A stretch of DNA of 5,756 nucleotides. It comes from a virus. Each line of letters starts with the position of its first letter. Positions within the stretch are counted from its first letter, which is position 1. This document shows positions 1 to 5,637 of the stretch, one piece after another. The position numbers and the translations under genes are program-made. The notes below the pieces were generated by a model. The model was given only the letters and a program-made list of their open reading frames with translations. It made no database searches and was not told where the DNA came from. The stretch is from the IMG/VR virus record IMGVR_UViG_3300045988_000096, positions 1 to 5,756 of that record. The stretch is one strand, 5' to 3'.

Positions 1-119
1 CCTCCTTTCTTTCCATATTTGTGTGCAAATAGAAGGTTTCTGACAGTGGAGGCAGAGCATTCCTCCTTTACATTTCGCTGCCAGTCCCCTCATGTCAATT
101 TTACCAAAAAAAAAAAAAC
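1..119. repeat. Direct terminal repeat, copy 1 (identical to 5638..5756); assembly overlap of a circular genome
   Basis: Base-by-base comparison shows 1..119 equals 5638..5756, including the A13 tract (106..118 and 5743..5755). Position 120 continues with unique sequence. Implied unit length is 5,637 nt, within the Microviridae size range. Confidence 0.95.
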
Positions 120-146
120 GCAAGGTCAACTTTCGTCAACCTCACG
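106..146 (-). terminator. Rho-independent terminator on the minus-strand transcript, downstream of the 52-aa ORF
   Basis: The minus-strand RNA reads CGUGAGGUUGAC-GAAA-GUUGACCUUGCG (119..146). This is a 12-bp stem (8 Watson-Crick plus 4 G-U pairs) with a GNRA (GAAA) tetraloop, followed directly by U13 (plus-strand A13, 106..118). The wobble pairs become C-A mismatches on the opposite strand, so the structure works only for minus-sense transcripts. It starts 10 nt after the stop codon at 156..158. Confidence 0.8.
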
Positions 147-155
147 ATTTTTGGT

Positions 156-314
156 TTATCTTTCGTATTCTTTGAGTTTTTCACAGATTGCGTTTGTCCA
201 TTCGTCATCCATTTTGTACTCTTCTTTTATCTGCTCTCGGTCTTCGCTTCTCCATCCACCGTCGTATAGTGCTGCTGCGCAGTTTTCAACTTCTTCTTCA
301 TAGTAGCTTTTCAT
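156..314 (-). CDS. Hypothetical small acidic protein, 52 aa: MKSYYEEEVENCAAALYDGGWRSEDREQIKEEYKMDDEWTNAICEKLKEYER
   Basis: Hand translation, ATG at 314..312 and TAA at 158..156. AGGAGG (comp 326..321) lies 6 nt upstream of the ATG. A consensus promoter lies upstream and an intrinsic terminator 10 nt downstream. By hand count, 16 D/E versus 8 K/R. No family recognised. Not in the ORF track (below 60 aa). Confidence 0.7.
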   Translation of the reverse strand: MKSYYEEEVENCAAALYDGGWRSEDREQIKEEYKMDDEWTNAICEKLKEYER

Positions 315-333
315 GGTGTGCCTCCTAGTTTGT

Positions 334-384
334 GGTGTGCTCTTCTTACACCTTTATTATACACCTAAAACATGCACTTGTCAA
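334..384 (-). promoter_or_regulatory. Promoter P1 (perfect sigma-70/sigma-A consensus) plus downstream palindromic operator candidate
   Basis: Minus strand reads TTGACA (comp 384..379), a 17-nt spacer, then TATAAT (comp 361..356). Three nt later comes the inverted repeat GGTGT-N9-ACACC (334..352), then 7 nt, AGGAGG, 6 nt and the ATG of the 52-aa ORF. Confidence 0.8.
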
Positions 385-413
385 GCAGAACTTTGTCTAG
401 ATGGCCGTCAGGT

Positions 414-447
414 CGGCGCTGGTGCGCCGGATGAAAATGACGGCGCA
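414..447 (-). other. GC-rich three-segment element able to form two mutually exclusive hairpins
   Basis: On the plus strand, CGGCGC (414..419) pairs with GCGCCG (424..429) across a 4-nt loop. Alternatively, TGCGCCG (423..429) pairs with CGGCGCA (441..447) across an 11-nt loop. The middle segment is shared. No U-tract follows on either strand. Confidence 0.45.
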
Positions 448-479
448 GCTTTCCGTGACTACGTCGTCCTGTCCTTTAT

Positions 480-500
480 TGGCCGTTCTCCCCCCGGCCA
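480..500 (-). other. Hairpin immediately downstream of the Rep stop codon
   Basis: TGGCCG (480..485) pairs with CGGCCA (495..500). The stem is 6 bp with a 9-nt loop, 1 nt from the Rep TAA (502..504). No U-run follows on the minus strand, so it is not a canonical intrinsic terminator. Confidence 0.4.
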
Positions 501-501
501 C

Positions 502-1680
502 TTATATTTCATCTCTTCTTAATTTGGAGAACTTTTCTTGATTTTTCGTGTCGATGTTGTTATAATGTTCTTGCAGACTATAGCCGTGTTGTGCGAGCTG
601 AGCAAATAGAGCGTCGTTGGCGATTTTCCGTCGCTTTCTCTTTATTTCCTTGAGTTCGTCCGACTCGGCTTTTATTATTAGAGCTTCGTAATCCTTTTCT
701 GTTTCGGCGTTTAGTGGTTCGCTGTTGCTGTGTTCAAGATCAAAGAGCTTGTCGAAGTATGCTGGCGGTTTACATCTTTTTCCTTTACTCAGCTGGATAC
801 TGTCTTTTTGATATATCTCGTCTTTATGGTCTTCGTAGTATCTCCAGCCGATTGATGGTTTTGTGCTGATTCTGCTATCTTCTTCCTCGATACACATATC
901 GAGGAATTTTTCTTTTGCTTCGCCATATGCTTTCTTGGAACAGTATGCTGCTGTATATGCCATGTCGTTCCATTCTGCCACTCCGATAATTACGAAGCCT
1001 TTTCCCCATATCTGGTTGAGCCATGCACAGGTGTAGTATACTCTGCCTTTCTGTTTTTTATACACCTTCAGTTCTTTCGGGTCTATGTATAAGCTGTACA
1101 CGATCGCGTGATAATGCGGTCTGTGCGTTTTCGTGCCGTATTCTCCTCCAGCGTAGTACATGAGTTTATTTTTCATGCCTACTTTTTCATCATAGACTTG
1201 GTACATTCTTTCGTGATACTCTGTCCATCTTCTCAGCCTTTTCCAGAATGCCGTTAAATCATCATAGTCTAGTGTTAGGTTCGTTGTATACTCTCCGCTT
1301 GGAGCTTTCAGCACTCCGTTTTTGTCGATGCCTTTGCCTCTTTCGATGTTGATTGGAACGTGCTTGTTGTCGTACGTCAATGTTAAGAACCAAGCCTGAT
1401 CGTGATACGGTAATTCCATCTCCATTCGATTTGCCCAGCTCTTTCGTCTATCCAAAATGCATCCTTGGCAATGTTTACAAGGACATATTACAATTTCGCC
1501 GGTTTTGATTTTTGCTTTGACTTCTCGTTCTCTTCTGCGCTGCGTTGTTATGTCGTCAGCTGGCGCTGTGTTCGGCTTGTTCGACATTCCGTATTTGATA
1601 TAGCGTTCTAGTGAACTAAAAAAATCGTCTCCGTTTTTCTTCGCTCCGAAGATTCTAATGTTGGGTCTGCCACATGGCAT
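502..1680 (-). CDS. Replication initiation protein VP4 (HUH rolling-circle endonuclease, phiX174 gpA family), 392 aa
   Basis: Motif I is FLTLTY (aa 98-103). The HUH motif is RPHYHAIVY (H189-Y190-H191, nt 1108..1116). The two-tyrosine motif is AYTAAYCSKK (Y242, Y246), matching the YxxxY spacing of phiX174 A protein. The N-terminal MPCGRP and the cysteine cluster CPCKHCQGC (aa 66-74) are typical of Microviridae VP4. GGAGGTG lies 8 nt upstream of the ATG at 1680. Confidence 0.93.
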   Translation of the reverse strand: MPCGRPNIRIFGAKKNGDDFFSSLERYIKYGMSNKPNTAPADDITTQRRREREVKAKIKTGEIVICPCKHCQGCILDRRKSWANRMEMELPYHDQAWFLTLTYDNKHVPINIERGKGIDKNGVLKAPSGEYTTNLTLDYDDLTAFWKRLRRWTEYHERMYQVYDEKVGMKNKLMYYAGGEYGTKTHRPHYHAIVYSLYIDPKELKVYKKQKGRVYYTCAWLNQIWGKGFVIIGVAEWNDMAYTAAYCSKKAYGEAKEKFLDMCIEEEDSRISTKPSIGWRYYEDHKDEIYQKDSIQLSKGKRCKPPAYFDKLFDLEHSNSEPLNAETEKDYEALIIKAESDELKEIKRKRRKIANDALFAQLAQHGYSLQEHYNNIDTKNQEKFSKLRRDEI

Positions 1681-1703
1681 GGATGTTTCACCTCCCGGGG
1701 TCG

Positions 1704-1746
1704 CACTGGGGGGAAATGTCCCTCTTGATTACATTTCCCCCCAGTG
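1704..1746. other. Perfect 16-bp inverted repeat with an 11-nt loop in the RHH-Rep intergenic region
   Basis: CACTGGGGGGAAATGT (1704..1719) is the exact reverse complement of ACATTTCCCCCCAGTG (1731..1746). The loop is 1720..1730. The element ends 24 nt upstream of the Rep ATG on the minus strand. No T-run follows on either strand. Confidence 0.85.
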
Positions 1747-1829
1747 ACACAAAAATGCGTCTGACGGTTACTGTCGGGCCTGTATTTTTGTTGCATTCAG
1801 TTTGCACGGCGAAGCCGTCAAACGGCTCC

Positions 1830-2006
1830 TTAACGCACTTCTTTCCCTGTTATTTTTTCGCTGTAGTATACTATCGCGTCCCGGATAATGTCGGATGTGT
1901 TTGCTTTCCAGTTCCGGTTTGTATACTCTTTCGTCAGGTTTTCCAGTGCATCGTTTTCCGCTTTGGTCAAGTTGATATTAAATCTCTTTGTGATCTGCGT
2001 TCTCAT
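1830..2006 (-). CDS. Ribbon-helix-helix (CopG/Arc/MetJ-like) DNA-binding protein, 58 aa: MRTQITKRFNINLTKAENDALENLTKEYTNRNWKANTSDIIRDAIVYYSEKITGKEVR
   Basis: Hand translation, ATG 2006..2004 and TAA 1832..1830, with AGGAGG (comp 2017..2012) 5 nt upstream. The sequence pattern fits an RHH fold: an N-terminal beta strand (KRFNINL), helix A (TKAENDALENLTKEY), and a helix B cap of the x-S/T-x-S-D/E-hydrophobic-I-R-D/E-A-I type (NTSDIIRDAIVYY). Not in the ORF track (below 60 aa). Confidence 0.7.
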   Translation of the reverse strand: MRTQITKRFNINLTKAENDALENLTKEYTNRNWKANTSDIIRDAIVYYSEKITGKEVR

Positions 2007-2024
2007 GCTAGCCTCCTATAGCTA

Positions 2025-2075
2025 AGTGTGTGATTGGTACACTCATAATATACACCTCTTTTCTCCACTTGTCAA
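2025..2075 (-). promoter_or_regulatory. Promoter P2 (near consensus) plus palindromic operator candidate; paralogous to P1
   Basis: Minus strand reads TTGACA (comp 2075..2070), a 17-nt spacer, then TATATT (comp 2052..2047). Three nt later comes AGTGT-N9-ACACT (2025..2043), then 7 nt, AGGAGG, 5 nt and the ATG of the RHH gene. Spacing from -35 to SD is identical to P1. Confidence 0.75.
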
Positions 2076-2080
2076 CTATT

Positions 2081-3019
2081 TTATGGTAACATTGGAAGAC
2101 CCGGTAGTAAGCTGAACTGGCCTTTTGCTCCAAGGCCTGCGTCAAGTCGCCCTTCGTTTTTGAACTCGTGACCTTTGGTTTCTTGCTCCTGTTGCGTGGT
2201 GCTGTCCATCCGCTCGCCCAGCTGGCCCACGGTTTTTGCGCTGCTGCTTACGGTTTGCTGTTGCATCTGCTCGAGGTGCTCAGCTGTCCAGTAGTCAGAA
2301 CTTTGTTTCGCGTTGTTGATGGCCGTTTGAAAGTTCTGCACGATCTGTGCCGTGTTGTTGCCGTAGTCATACATTGCCTGCATGGTCGCGTTTTTGGCTG
2401 CTGGTGCTGCCAGAGCCTGAGCGTGTGCGAAGGTCTGACCGCCACCGAGGCTTCCATAGCCTCCCGATGGCGTCTGTGCCCCATAGCCGTTATAGGCTGC
2501 TAAGATAGGATTCAATCCCGCTGCTTTGAGGTCTGCCACGCCTCTCTGATAGCTGGTATTTGCCATTCGCTCTTGCCAGGCTCTTTGTGCTTTGGCCTCA
2601 GCTGAGTTATACCGCATTGCGCTGGTTTGGCTCGCTGCGCTCATTGCGTTGGATGCTAGAGCGTTTCCCATGTTGAGAAGATTTCCCATCATCCATGTAC
2701 CGGTCTGCAAGTCGTTGGCAGTTTTTGCGTTTGCTGTGTTGAAGTCTGCTGCGTCTTGAGCGTTGTTGCCTGTCGGAGTTCCGAGTGCTGTTGCCAGCAG
2801 ATTTCCCAGTGCGCTTGTGTTGCCGGTCTGGACGCTCCCACCTGCGCTTGTAGTGTTTTGTGCGGTGCTTCCCATGGTTGTACCGCTTTGGATTGTGTTT
2901 TGCATTGTGCCCTGCTGTTTTGCGCTGGACGTGCTCCCTTTTAAGCTGCTGTATATGCTGTATAATGTGTTTGCTAGAGTTATGCCGCCTTTGATAATAC
3001 CCATTAGCCCGATTGCCAT
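2081..3019 (-). CDS. Minor capsid / DNA pilot protein VP2, 312 aa
   Basis: Sits immediately downstream of VP1. The N-terminus is hydrophobic ([20 protein letters not shown]). The central region is long and rich in Q/T/S/A/G/N. It carries the motif I recall as characteristic of gokushovirus VP2, [27 protein letters not shown] overlaps the VP1 stop, 7 nt before the ATG at 3019. Confidence 0.85.
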   Translation of the reverse strand: MAIGLMGIIKGGITLANTLYSIYSSLKGSTSSAKQQGTMQNTIQSGTTMGSTAQNTTSAGGSVQTGNTSALGNLLATALGTPTGNNAQDAADFNTANAKTANDLQTGTWMMGNLLNMGNALASNAMSAASQTSAMRYNSAEAKAQRAWQERMANTSYQRGVADLKAAGLNPILAAYNGYGAQTPSGGYGSLGGGQTFAHAQALAAPAAKNATMQAMYDYGNNTAQIVQNFQTAINNAKQSSDYWTAEHLEQMQQQTVSSSAKTVGQLGERMDSTTQQEQETKGHEFKNEGRLDAGLGAKGQFSLLPGLPMLP

Positions 3020-3031
3020 TGCGCTTCCTCC

Positions 3032-4654
3032 TTAGATGGTATCAAGGCCTGGGATGCTGTAGATCGGCATTGCCCTTGTCCACGTCTGGTCGAAGTAGAA
3101 GTTGCAGATAAATTGGTGGTTGTTCTGGCTTTCTACCGCGATCGTTCTATCAATGTTCTGTCTTCCCTCTTTAATCCATTCGCTGGAGAGAGTCGGCAGA
3201 CTCGTGTATTTATCGGCATAGTGCCAAGCATCCAGTGTCTGCGCGTAGGTGCTGCGCATTTCGCCTGTGATCATGTTTGTCCGGTATCGGTAGTCTGCCC
3301 AAGCTTCCTGATAGCCGAATACTTCTTCGTCCTTTGCGTTGCCCTGTGCGTAGATTTCCTGATTGAGCACCGCTTGCTCACCGAGGTTTGCAAGCATCGG
3401 GTCATAGTAGGAAAAGCGTGTGCTGCGTGTCCACAGCCGGGACAGGCCCTGCTGATAGCTGTGATCAACTCGCACCGCTGCCAGACCGATGATGAAACCA
3501 TGTTCCGTTGCGCTGTATGTTGCCATGTTCCGGCTCATCGTGGTCATGGAGAATGCTGCAGTGTTGCCCTGTGGACTCGTCGCGTCTGTGCTGGACGTCT
3601 GAATGACCTGATTGATGTTGATAGGCAGTCTGTAGCCGCCGATGTATTCCGAGCGGTCAAGTCGTGCATCCGGACTCGTTACACCCCAAGCACCCTGTAA
3701 GATTTCCTTGTACCGTGTGCCGGTGCGTGCATCTCTTTCCATAATGTGTTGCACAGCGATGGCCTGTCTCAGTTCGTTGATGGTTGCGGCTGTTACGTTG
3801 CTCATGTCTGCGCCAAGTACTGGGTGTAAGCTTTCGTCTCTTTCGGTGTATACCTGTGCTGGTTTCGCTCCGCTTACATCGTCTCCGTTTACGCCTGCAA
3901 AGTAAGGGATGAAGTTTGTCATTATGCTTAGATCTGTGCTGTCCAGTTTTTCTTTGAGGCTTGCTGTGCCGTATCCATAAATCGGTGCCGCTCCTGTCAT
4001 CGGCAGCGTCACAGCCTCGCCTTTCTGAGGACTCGGCAGGCAGCTTGTGAAGTAGTCCTTGTACTTACAGACTTTGAGCGGTAGCCCTCCGGCTTCGGCG
4101 TCGGTCAGTGCTGTTCCTGCGTTGCTTCCTGCGGTCGTGGCGTCCGTCTTGCTCATCGTGACAGGCTGCTGTAAATTTTCGTCTCGAAACCATTCGTTCC
4201 AGATTTTGACATATGCCCGGAAAGGCAGGCTGTTCACCTGAAGGTTTTCTATGCCGGTCGGAATGCCGAAATAATCCGCCAGTGTGCCTACGTTCCAGCC
4301 GCCAGTTGGTGCGGTTGTTTTCGGAGTTGTGTATTCTACTTTTTCGGCCCAGAAGGTCGAGTCGTTCTGACCCATGAGGTTTTCGAAATGCTCCCACAGC
4401 AGCCGCGACGGTACGAAGAAGAAGTAAAAGTCACAGTAACAGTTATCCATGACAGGATACAGCGGTGTGCTCATGCGCATAAGTGCATTGAGGTCAATCT
4501 TTGCTGTGTCTGCCGGTAATACCTCGTCACAGTAGATCGGGACTAGATCGCCTTCGTTTATCGTGGTTAGCAGGCTATAATCTCGTTTGAATCTTGCGCG
4601 CGGCACGTTTGCATGAGGTACTTGGCTGTAATGCTGTTCAGCGTTTCGGTTCAT
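3032..4654 (-). CDS. Major capsid protein VP1 (Microviridae F-like jelly-roll capsid), 540 aa
   Basis: Size is typical for the family. The N-terminus HYSQVPHANVPRARFKRDYSLLTTINEGDLVPIYCDEVLPADT matches the conserved family pattern (RS-F-...-TT-...-G-L-PI...E-LPGDT). The start overlaps the VP3 stop in ATGA (4651..4654). Confidence 0.95.
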   Translation of the reverse strand: MNRNAEQHYSQVPHANVPRARFKRDYSLLTTINEGDLVPIYCDEVLPADTAKIDLNALMRMSTPLYPVMDNCYCDFYFFFVPSRLLWEHFENLMGQNDSTFWAEKVEYTTPKTTAPTGGWNVGTLADYFGIPTGIENLQVNSLPFRAYVKIWNEWFRDENLQQPVTMSKTDATTAGSNAGTALTDAEAGGLPLKVCKYKDYFTSCLPSPQKGEAVTLPMTGAAPIYGYGTASLKEKLDSTDLSIMTNFIPYFAGVNGDDVSGAKPAQVYTERDESLHPVLGADMSNVTAATINELRQAIAVQHIMERDARTGTRYKEILQGAWGVTSPDARLDRSEYIGGYRLPININQVIQTSSTDATSPQGNTAAFSMTTMSRNMATYSATEHGFIIGLAAVRVDHSYQQGLSRLWTRSTRFSYYDPMLANLGEQAVLNQEIYAQGNAKDEEVFGYQEAWADYRYRTNMITGEMRSTYAQTLDAWHYADKYTSLPTLSSEWIKEGRQNIDRTIAVESQNNHQFICNFYFDQTWTRAMPIYSIPGLDTI

Positions 4655-5148
4655 TCCTTATTTTCTCCTTTCTGCACAACTTTTTCAGCTGCAGCATCGA
4701 CCTTCTCTTGTGCATCCTGCTGAGTTTTGATGCCCATTTTGTTGAGCCACTCTTTTTCACCGGCTGTTGCTATCCAGTTTTCGAAGTTCATACCGAAAGC
4801 CTGACGCACACTGAGTGGAAGCTTATTGAACTGCTCCCGTTTCTCGTTCATCATGTTCATGTACTCGGTGTAGGTCTGTGGCAGCTTGCTGGTGTCGATG
4901 TACCAGCCCGGTTTTGCCAGTACGCTTTCGTCGCCGGCAGCGTACCGGCTCAGAATTGCCATGACGTCGCATTCGTCCTTATAGCTTTGGATTTTCTCGT
5001 AGGTGTCCACTTCGCCGACCTTTTCCAGGTACGGCTGCCCTCGGTCGTCATACCGCTCTTTGTACTCCGGTTCAAACCGGTTGCCCGGTTCGTTCGGCAG
5101 TGCCAGCGGTTTTTCGTCCTCGTAGGGCTTAAAGATTCTTACTCCCAT
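4651..5148 (-). CDS. Internal scaffolding protein VP3, 165 aa
   Basis: Sits directly upstream of VP1 and is translationally coupled to it. The segment IQSYKDECDVMAILSRY and the later FNKLPLSVRQAFGMNFENW resemble conserved blocks of gokushovirus/chlamydiamicrovirus VP3 scaffold proteins. AAGGAG lies 7 nt upstream of the ATG at 5148. Confidence 0.85.
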   Translation of the reverse strand: MGVRIFKPYEDEKPLALPNEPGNRFEPEYKERYDDRGQPYLEKVGEVDTYEKIQSYKDECDVMAILSRYAAGDESVLAKPGWYIDTSKLPQTYTEYMNMMNEKREQFNKLPLSVRQAFGMNFENWIATAGEKEWLNKMGIKTQQDAQEKVDAAAEKVVQKGENKE

Positions 5149-5392
5149 TGAGCTGCTCCTTTTTCATGAGTTCGATGTTGTACATGAGCATCGGCAGCGC
5201 TAGCGGCTTGATCTGGCCGCTTTCGTTGTCGTACTTGCCCAGAAGATAGACTCGCTTATCCTCGCAGTCGGCTTTCTCCATCTCCTGTGCCATCCATCTG
5301 AAGGTGCGGTTGGCCACCTTTTCATTGACCACCATCAGATTGCCGAAGATGCCAGACAGTTCGTCTTTTACTGCGTATACCTGAAATTCCAT
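5129..5392 (-). CDS. Small conserved Microviridae non-structural protein (VP5/ORF5-like), 87 aa; function uncertain
   Basis: AAGGAG lies 7 nt upstream of the ATG at 5392. The ORF overlaps the VP3 start by 20 nt. The sequence (EFQVYAVKDELSGIFGNLMVVNEKVANRTF...YLLGKYDNESGQI) resembles the small protein I recall upstream of VP3 in gokushoviruses. That family assignment is from memory and unverified. Confidence 0.65.
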   Translation of the reverse strand: MEFQVYAVKDELSGIFGNLMVVNEKVANRTFRWMAQEMEKADCEDKRVYLLGKYDNESGQIKPLALPMLMYNIELMKKEQLNGSKNL

Positions 5393-5404
5393 GATGATTC
5401 TCCT

Positions 5405-5524
5405 TTATAAACGGATGCCGCCGCGCGACGGCTTCGGATTGACGTTGATTTTTTTCGTCTTCTTTGCGGTATTGGTGAAGACTTTCTTATCCTTTTTCGG
5501 ATTGACCGGCATTCGATGTGCCAT
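5405..5524 (-). CDS. Small basic DNA-binding/packaging peptide (phiX174 J / gokushovirus VP8-like), 39 aa: MAHRMPVNPKKDKKVFTNTAKKTKKINVNPKPSRGGIRL
   Basis: Hand translation, ATG 5524..5522 and TAA 5407..5405. AAGGAGGAG lies upstream, and the ATG is 1 nt after the stop of the preceding ORF. The peptide is highly basic (K/R rich). The F-x-x-T-A core and C-terminal RGGIRL ending match what I recall from small Microviridae DNA-binding proteins. Not in the ORF track. Confidence 0.75.
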   Translation of the reverse strand: MAHRMPVNPKKDKKVFTNTAKKTKKINVNPKPSRGGIRL

Positions 5525-5525
5525 A

Positions 5526-5630
5526 TTACTCCTCCTTATCCAGTCCCATGGCGTGGTAAATCTTGTCCAGCATCGCAAGGATCTTCCTCAGCTGATTAAA
5601 AATCCCGCGGATGTCTTTCACAGTAATCAT
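5526..5630 (-). CDS. Hypothetical 34-aa peptide: MITVKDIRGIFNQLRKILAMLDKIYHAMGLDKEE
   Basis: Hand translation, ATG 5630..5628 and TAA 5528..5526, with AGGAGG (comp 5643..5638) 7 nt upstream. It is coupled to the next ORF (TAAtATG). It is predicted to be mostly one amphipathic helix, with no transmembrane segment and no recognised family. Confidence 0.5.
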   Translation of the reverse strand: MITVKDIRGIFNQLRKILAMLDKIYHAMGLDKEE

Positions 5631-5637
5631 GGCAACA

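Noticed and set aside
106-118. The A13 run near both window ends could suggest a poly(A) tail or a eukaryotic/cDNA artefact.
   Set aside because: The tract is internal on the circular genome, since sequence continues at 119 onward. On the coding strand it is the U-tract of a well-formed intrinsic terminator.
1724-1729. CTTGAT in the loop of the 16-bp hairpin resembles the phiX174 origin core (ACTTG/ATA) cut by protein A.
   Set aside because: The match is only 6 nt. It lies on the window plus strand, which is antisense to all genes. The virion (nicked) strand of known Microviridae is the coding-sense strand.
1783-1821. A possible separate Rep promoter: TTGACG (comp 1821..1816), a 17-nt spacer, then GAATGC, between the RHH stop and the hairpin.
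   Set aside because: The -10 matches consensus at only one position. Rep is more simply explained as cotranscribed with the RHH gene from P2.
1806-1826. Short overlapping stems ACGGC-GAA-GCCGT-CAA-ACGGC just after the RHH stop codon.
   Set aside because: The arms are only 5 bp with 3-nt loops and no U-tract. That is too small to distinguish from chance.
2044-2053. GTATATTATG (minus strand) matches 10 nt across the central region and start of the XerD arm of E. coli dif (TGTATA-TTATG). Some gokushovirus prophages integrate through dif-like sites.
   Set aside because: The match is simply the -10 region of P2. The flanking 11-nt XerC and XerD arms do not match dif consensus, and no second dif-like copy is present.
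1608-4397. Minus-strand ORFs in alternate frames: nested in VP2 (2248..2484) and VP1 (3271..3501; 4065..4397, Arg-rich), and across the hairpin into the Rep start (1608..1796).
   Set aside because: I saw no SD upstream of the one start I inspected (4065..4397 begins at GTG with no SD). The products are low-complexity and basic, as expected from frame-shifted reading of GC-rich codons. None resembles phiX174-type overlapping genes. I cannot exclude them without conservation analysis.
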